Under the pieces are notes generated by a model. It was not told the origin of the DNA and did no database searches. It worked only from the letters and a program-made list of their open reading frames with translations. 64,000 nt of DNA from positions 62,001-126,000 of the forward strand of contig CDRNVI010000153.1 of the NCBI GenBank assembly GCA_977017575.1, in the 5' to 3' direction. Numbering within the stretch: position 1 is the stretch's first letter; the number at the start of each line of letters is the position of its first letter. This document shows positions 58,301-64,000 of the stretch, piece by piece. Made by a program: the position numbers and the translations under genes. The stretch comes from Paramoeba atlantica. Taxonomy: Eukaryota; Protista; Discosea.

Positions 58301-61300
58301 AAATGAAATTGTTCAGGTTTTTTTTTTTGAGTTTTGATTATTTTGGGGTTTTTTTTTGAAGAAAATTTGATAGAAACATGACATAAATTGGCAACAAAAT
58401 TTGACTCAATGCCTTTTCTTCTGTGCTTTGAGGTTCTCTCTCTCTTTTCTCTCTCTTTTCTCTCTTTGTGAATTGGAGTATTGATTGCTTGGTACTTAGG
58501 GGAAAGATTCCATTGTTTCTTGAATTCATGAGGAGATATCCTCGAGACATCATCACAAATTACAAGTACTTAGCTTTTTTTTGTTCTTTTCCAAGGAATT
58601 ATTAAGGAAAAGAAAGGAAAAAAAAGGAAAATATTTTCCTTTTTGATTCAAAATATTTTTTTTTGTAGAGTTGGAGATTGGAATTTATTGGCTGCTTTGA
58701 TTCATAATTGTTCTCCTGAAACTGATTATATGAACCTTTTAAGTTTGGATTTTCTGTTTCTTTTTTCTTTCCTTTCTTTCTTTCCCTTTCTTTCTTTCCC
58801 TTTCTTTCTTCCCCTCTTCTCTCTCCCCTTCCTCTCTCCCCTCCCTTCAAATCCGACACCCAAAAAAACAATCTCAAAAAAAACCCAAAAACAGACGACT
58901 TCATTCTCAAATCAGACCTCCAAACTCGAGTATCTCGAAACAGAACTCTTCTCCATTTCGCAATTTTAATGCGAAATGAATTTGCAATGCAGTTATTACT
59001 TGCTAGGGGGTGTAGTATTAATATGTTTGATGAGATTGGGTTTACTGAATTGCATATTGCTGTTATGACTGGTTTTTTTTTTTATTATTATTGTGTTTTT
59101 TTTAAGGATTGTGTATTTTTTTTTTAGTGTGTGTTGTATGAGAATAATAGGAATAATCCTCAGAATAAAGAATCTAGAATAAAGAATATTGAAGAAATAA
59201 TAAAGAATATTTTTTTAATAAATAATTTATTTTTTTTAATAATGGTGATAAATAGGGAATTCACGGACTGTTCGTGATTTAATTGCTCTTGGTTGTGACC
59301 CAATGATGAGGTTCATTATTATTATTATTATTATTTTTTTCTTTTTTTTTCTTTTCTTTTCTTTTTCATTTTTTGTTTTTTGACATCTTTTCTCTCTCTT
59401 TCTTTTTCTTTTCTTTTTTTTTTAATGTTTTATTAGAGCGTTGAATCAAGAAACATCACTGGACCTGGCTGAAAGACTGAAGAAAAAAGATCTTGTTTTA
59501 ATTTTTAAACATCATCTTGGTGTTGTTCTTGATCCCCATGGTTTCCACTTTCTTTTCCTTTTCTCTTTTTTTTTTTTCTTTTCCGTTTTCCCCAAAAATC
59601 CTTTCTCCTTCTTTCTCTTTTTCTTTCCTTTCCCTCTTTCTTATCTTTTCTATCTCTTCTCTTTCTCTTCCCACATCTTCTCACTTTTTTCAAAATCAGA
59701 ATGTCTCGAAGTTTCGCTTCCAACACAACCCAATTTTGTAAGAGTTCATGTTTCACAACTTTCTTTGATTGCTCCGGATGATGATCACAAATGGAGGATC
59801 TATGTCAGGTTTTTATTCTTTCTTTCTTTAAAGAATAATTTCTTAAATATTATTTTTATTCTTATGTTTCAATTTTTTTCTTTTCTCTTTCTTTCTTCCC
59901 TTTTTCTGCTCTGAAAAAAAATACACCCAAAAAACTAACAAACTTTAAAAAAGGATGTCACACAAATTAGTTGGAAAACAAAAAATCTTTAAAACAGAAG
60001 AAATTAAAAAAGTAAAAGGTCGAGTTCAAAGAAGACAGGAAATTGTTGCCAATTATCGGTTTTCTTTCTCTTTCTCTTTCTCATTTCTCAATTCTCATTT
60101 CTCATTTCTCTTTCTCAATTCTCTTTCTCAATTCTTTTTCTCTTTCTCTTTCCTCTTCCACCATCCCCCCCAAAACAAAACAAAACAAAAAAAAGCGGAT
60201 GCGAAGAAGAACTCCAAAAATACTTCAAATCAAGAGGCCACACCGATCTCGGAACAGCTCTCCTCGAAATGTCACAAAATGGCAACTTGGCAATGGTCCG
60301 CTTTTTGGTGGAGATTAAGGATGTTTCTTTCTTTTTGGTTAAGGGGAAGGGGAAGATTCATCGGGAGGATGTTTGTTCTTCTGGGGGTGTTTATGAGTTT
60401 CCGATTTTTGGGTTTGTGTTTTTTGTTTTTGTTTTTTTTTTTTTTTTTTTTGGTTTTTGTTTTGGGGGTTTTTTTTTTGGGATTTTTTTTTGTTTTTGTT
60501 TGGAAGAATAAGATGGAGAGAAAGAGAAAAGACAAAATGAAATAGTAACAATTTTCATTTTGTAAAACAATTTGAAATGAGAAATTATTTTCAAAAAAAA
60601 TAAAAACAGAATAAAAGACACACCAAAATCAGTGGCAAAAAATCCTGAAGTACTCCAATTTCTCGAAGATCTTGAAATGAGAGATATGAAAAAGTCAATA
60701 GGTTATTATTTTTTTTCTTTCTTTTTTTAAATTTTTTTTTTATTTTTCTTTTTTACTTTTTTTTTTTCTTTTTCTCTCTTCTCTAATTTTTTTTCAATTG
60801 AAAGAACAAAATGCGAATTCAACTTTTGGTTCAATGCAAAATCTCCTTTTTTGTCCAACTCAAAAACCTCTACCTGCTCGTCCTGATTTTGATGTTTTTC
60901 TCTCTTTCTCTTCTTTTCTTTCTCTCTCTCTCTTTTCGGAATCATTGCATCTTTATCTTTAACTCTTTTATTTATTCATTTTTTTTTTCATTCTAAAAAA
61001 ATTAGATTTCATACAATGCATCTTCGTCGAATTTTGTTATTAAAAAAGGGAATGTTATTTATCGTGAGTTGGAAATTCGAGTTCTTTCGGTTTGAAATTT
61101 CAAGTTTAATTTAGAGTAAAGATTTGTAAAAAGGATGAAAGAAACAACATCTTAATACCAAAAAAAAAATAAAAATAAAAAAATAAAATAAAAAATAAAA
61201 AACAAAAACAAAAAAAAACAAAAAAAAACAAAAAAAACAAAACAAAAAATAAAAAAATAAAGATAATAAAAATAATAAAAAAAACAGGGAGATCCAAATC

Positions 61301-64000
61301 TACCAGAAGAGGTACACGAATTACTAGGGAGGGCAAACATACTTTTGGATTTCGCTGTTGCAAGAGAAAAACAATATACTTTGACTCTTACTACTCCTCT
61401 CGGTGTTACTGGTGAAATTGATGTTCTCTCTTTTCCTTTTTTTCTTTTTTTTTTTGTTTTTTTTTTTGTTTTTTTCTTTTCTTTCTTTTTTGTTTTTCTT
61501 TTTGTTTTCTTCTTTTGTTTTCTATCTTTTTTCTTTACTCTCCAAATTTTAGTTCCTCTTTATGAAGTTATCTTTTACTCCTTCTTGAACTAAACTATTG
61601 TTCAGGTTTTTCTTATTTTCAGTCAACTTGACCAAGATGCACTGACAAAATATGAAGAAGATTATATTCCCTATGACCCATTTGATTCAATTCGTAAAAT
61701 TAAACGAGTTTCTTTCTCTTCTTCTTTTCTTTTCTTTCTTTTCTTTCTTCTCTTTCTCTCTTTTCTCTCTCTTAAAAATTTCTTCTCATAGGTTGCAGGA
61801 CACAAAAAGATTGGAATAGCAAGGAGGGTTTTAGGTGGAGAACCAGCCTTTCCTATTATGATTGTTCCTGGTCTGGCTTCTTCTGCTCTTGAAGCTTTTG
61901 CAACTGATGATAAGGTTTTTCATTTTCAGCCAGAAAGAAGAAAAGAAAAGAAAGAGAAAAAAAAAATTAAATTTATTTTTGGATTTATTTTTATCTTTTT
62001 CATTCTTTAGGAATGGTTTCGAGAGAGAGTTTGGATCGATCCTTTCAAAATTGGGCGATTGGCTGTGATGGAAAAGGTACTTCTTGATTCATTTCTTATC
62101 ATATTTTGTAATCAGGCGAAATAGTTAAGTGGTAAAATTCTCGCTTTGGGTGCGAGAGGCCCGGGTTCGATTCCCGGTTTCGCCCATTTTTTTCTTCTTT
62201 TTTTCTTTTTTTTTTCTTTTTTTCTTTTTCTTTTGGTTTCTCATCTTGGACAATAGATTAACAAGAAATTTCAACGAAAGAAAAAGAAAGTTGAAACTGA
62301 TCTCCAAAAGGAAGTAAGAATATTTTTCTTTCATTCAACTCCAATTTTCAACCAGAGAAATTTGTTCTGATTCTTCAATGAAACAGGAACTCGACGATGA
62401 AGAAGAAGTAAAATGGGGGAAAATGCTTGGCCAATCAGATCGAGCGGAAAAGAAAAGAAAATGGATTGCTCATATGATTCTTCAAGAAGATGGTATCAGC
62501 GATCCTCCTGGTATTAAGGTTTGTTTTCACAGTCTCTGTTCCATCTCTTCTCCTTTTTTTCTCTTTAATCTTTTAAAAAATATAGGTGAGACCGGTTCAA
62601 GGATTGCATGGAATTGATTTTCTTGCTGAATCGAGTGTTGCCAAAGCTCAGGTTAGAAATGAAAAGAAGAAAGAGAAAAAGGAAAAATAAAGATAACATG
62701 AGAGGGAAAAGAGAAGGGAGACTAAAAGTAACAAAACAGTCTTACGTTTTTTCGCACGTAATTCGATCTTTGATTGATTTTGGTAATTTTTTCCTTTTGT
62801 CTTTTCTCTTCTCTCCTCTTGTTTTCTGACAAAAAAATTCAAGGATATGATTATTCGATGCTGGATGCTTGCCCTTATGATTGGCGACTTCCTCCTTCTT
62901 ATCTTCAGGTTTCTTTCATAATTTTATTCTTCTTTGTTCTTTCTTTTCTCTTTCTCTTCTCTTTCTCTTCTCTTTCTCTTTTCCCCTATTTAACAAAAAG
63001 ACAGAAAAGAGATAATTTTTTTCGGGTGGTAAAGAAAAAAATTGAGGCAATGGTCGAACAATTTGATCAAAAAGTTGTTCTTCTTGCTCACAGTATGGGA
63101 AATAGGTTCTTTCTTTCTTTTCGCTCTTTTGTTTTATTCTCGTTTTTTTCTTCTTCCTTTCATTTTTCACTTCACCTCTCTTTTCTTTCTCTTTTTAAAA
63201 CCAAAAACACAATAGAGTAACACAATATTTTTTAAAATGGGTGGAACTGGACGATAAAGAATGGGCAGAAAAATATGTTCAGGCTTTTCTTGCATTGGGA
63301 GCCCCTTTTTTGGGTTCTGCAAAGGCTTTAAGAACTGTTATTTGTGGTGATTCTATGGGTCTTGAGGTTCGATTCTCTTTTTATTCTCTTTTTATTCTCT
63401 TTTTATTCTCTTTTTATTTGTATTTTTATTCCCATTTTTATTTGTATTTTTATCCATTTGAGTTCTTTTCTTTTCATTGTCTTTTTTTTGTCCTTTTTCT
63501 TAAGTTTGAATGAACAGGTATTTTTAACAGAAGAAGAGGCTTTGTACATGGCAACAAGAAGTGCTTCTCTTCCTTTTTTGTTTCCTGTCCATGAATCTGC
63601 TTATCCTGATGATATTATCCGTGTTACTTCAAAATCTTCATTTTCAGAAGTTTGTTGTTTTATAGTTGTTTTATTGTGTTTTTAATTTGTTGTTAGTTGT
63701 TAAAAAGTTAAGTTTGTTTTTGTTAAGTTGTTTTTTTTGTTTTTTTTTCATCTTTCTAAAAATTTTAACAAAATTTTGAACAGCTTCCTTTTGTTTCTGA
63801 GAAATTTGAAACTGTTCTTTCAACTTACGTTCCTCGATCTCTTCAGTTTCTCTCTTTCTTTCTCTTTTAACTTTCAAAGACAACTAAAATTTCTCCTTTC
63901 TTTTCTCTCTCCTTTCTAGTTTTTATCAAGAGTTTTATTGTAAAGATCCATTATATTTATTTCAAGATAAAGAAACAACAGTAGGAAGTATACTCCCACC
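55321..64000 (+). CDS. Large fusion gene: disordered N-terminus + RA/ubiquitin-like domain + ankyrin repeats + C2-like segment(s) + LCAT/PDAT-family acyltransferase; runs off the window
   Basis: Ubl-like VIKIVNND…KTMKVEPQTRVDDICERF…KPEDYGLY…FYFILKP. Ankyrin-type PLHSAV, PLFYAI, YPIHYAT, TPLYLAV, PLDIAI. LCAT-family PIMIVPGLASSALE, WFRERVWID, PYDWRL, LLAHSMG, LGAPFLGS. No stop was seen between blocks when spliced by eye. Confidence 0.72.
62115..62185 (+). tRNA. tRNA-Pro(TGG): tRNA-Pro (anticodon TGG), intronless, nested in an intron of the LCAT-fusion gene
   Basis: Cloverleaf: acceptor GGCGAAA/TTTCGCC, anticodon arm CTCGC-TTTGGGT-GCGAG, T arm CCGGG-TTCGATT-CCCGG. An oligo-T Pol III terminator follows immediately. 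Confidence 0.95.

Overview
Intron-rich, AT-rich nuclear DNA of a eukaryotic microbe. The style is amoebozoan-like, but the taxon cannot be fixed from sequence alone. There are two zones. (1) 1-26 kb is a rearrangement-prone accessory region. It holds a truncated coiled-coil/P-loop gene, a 5'-truncated non-LTR retrotransposon (RT + CCHC + RNase H), and an intron-containing FAAL-ACP-Pls-like membrane NRPS gene whose stop codon abuts the retroelement. It also holds a tandem array of ten 4-exon Ras-like GTPase genes: their G4/G5 motifs are almost invariant, while the P-loop, switch I and switch II differ in nearly every copy. The array ends in a scrambled, partly inverted fragment of the NRPS gene and a probable fossil RT. 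(2) 26-64 kb is a compact core region arranged as divergent gene pairs: ZFC3H1/Red1-like / alpha-beta hydrolase, GH79 / multi-PAS Ser/Thr kinase, and ATP-citrate lyase / a large RA-like-ankyrin-C2-LCAT(PDAT) fusion gene that runs off the window and has a tRNA-Pro gene inside an intron. Exon structures were spliced by eye and family calls come from motif recognition, not database searches. Most short ORFs in the track are artefacts of low-complexity introns.
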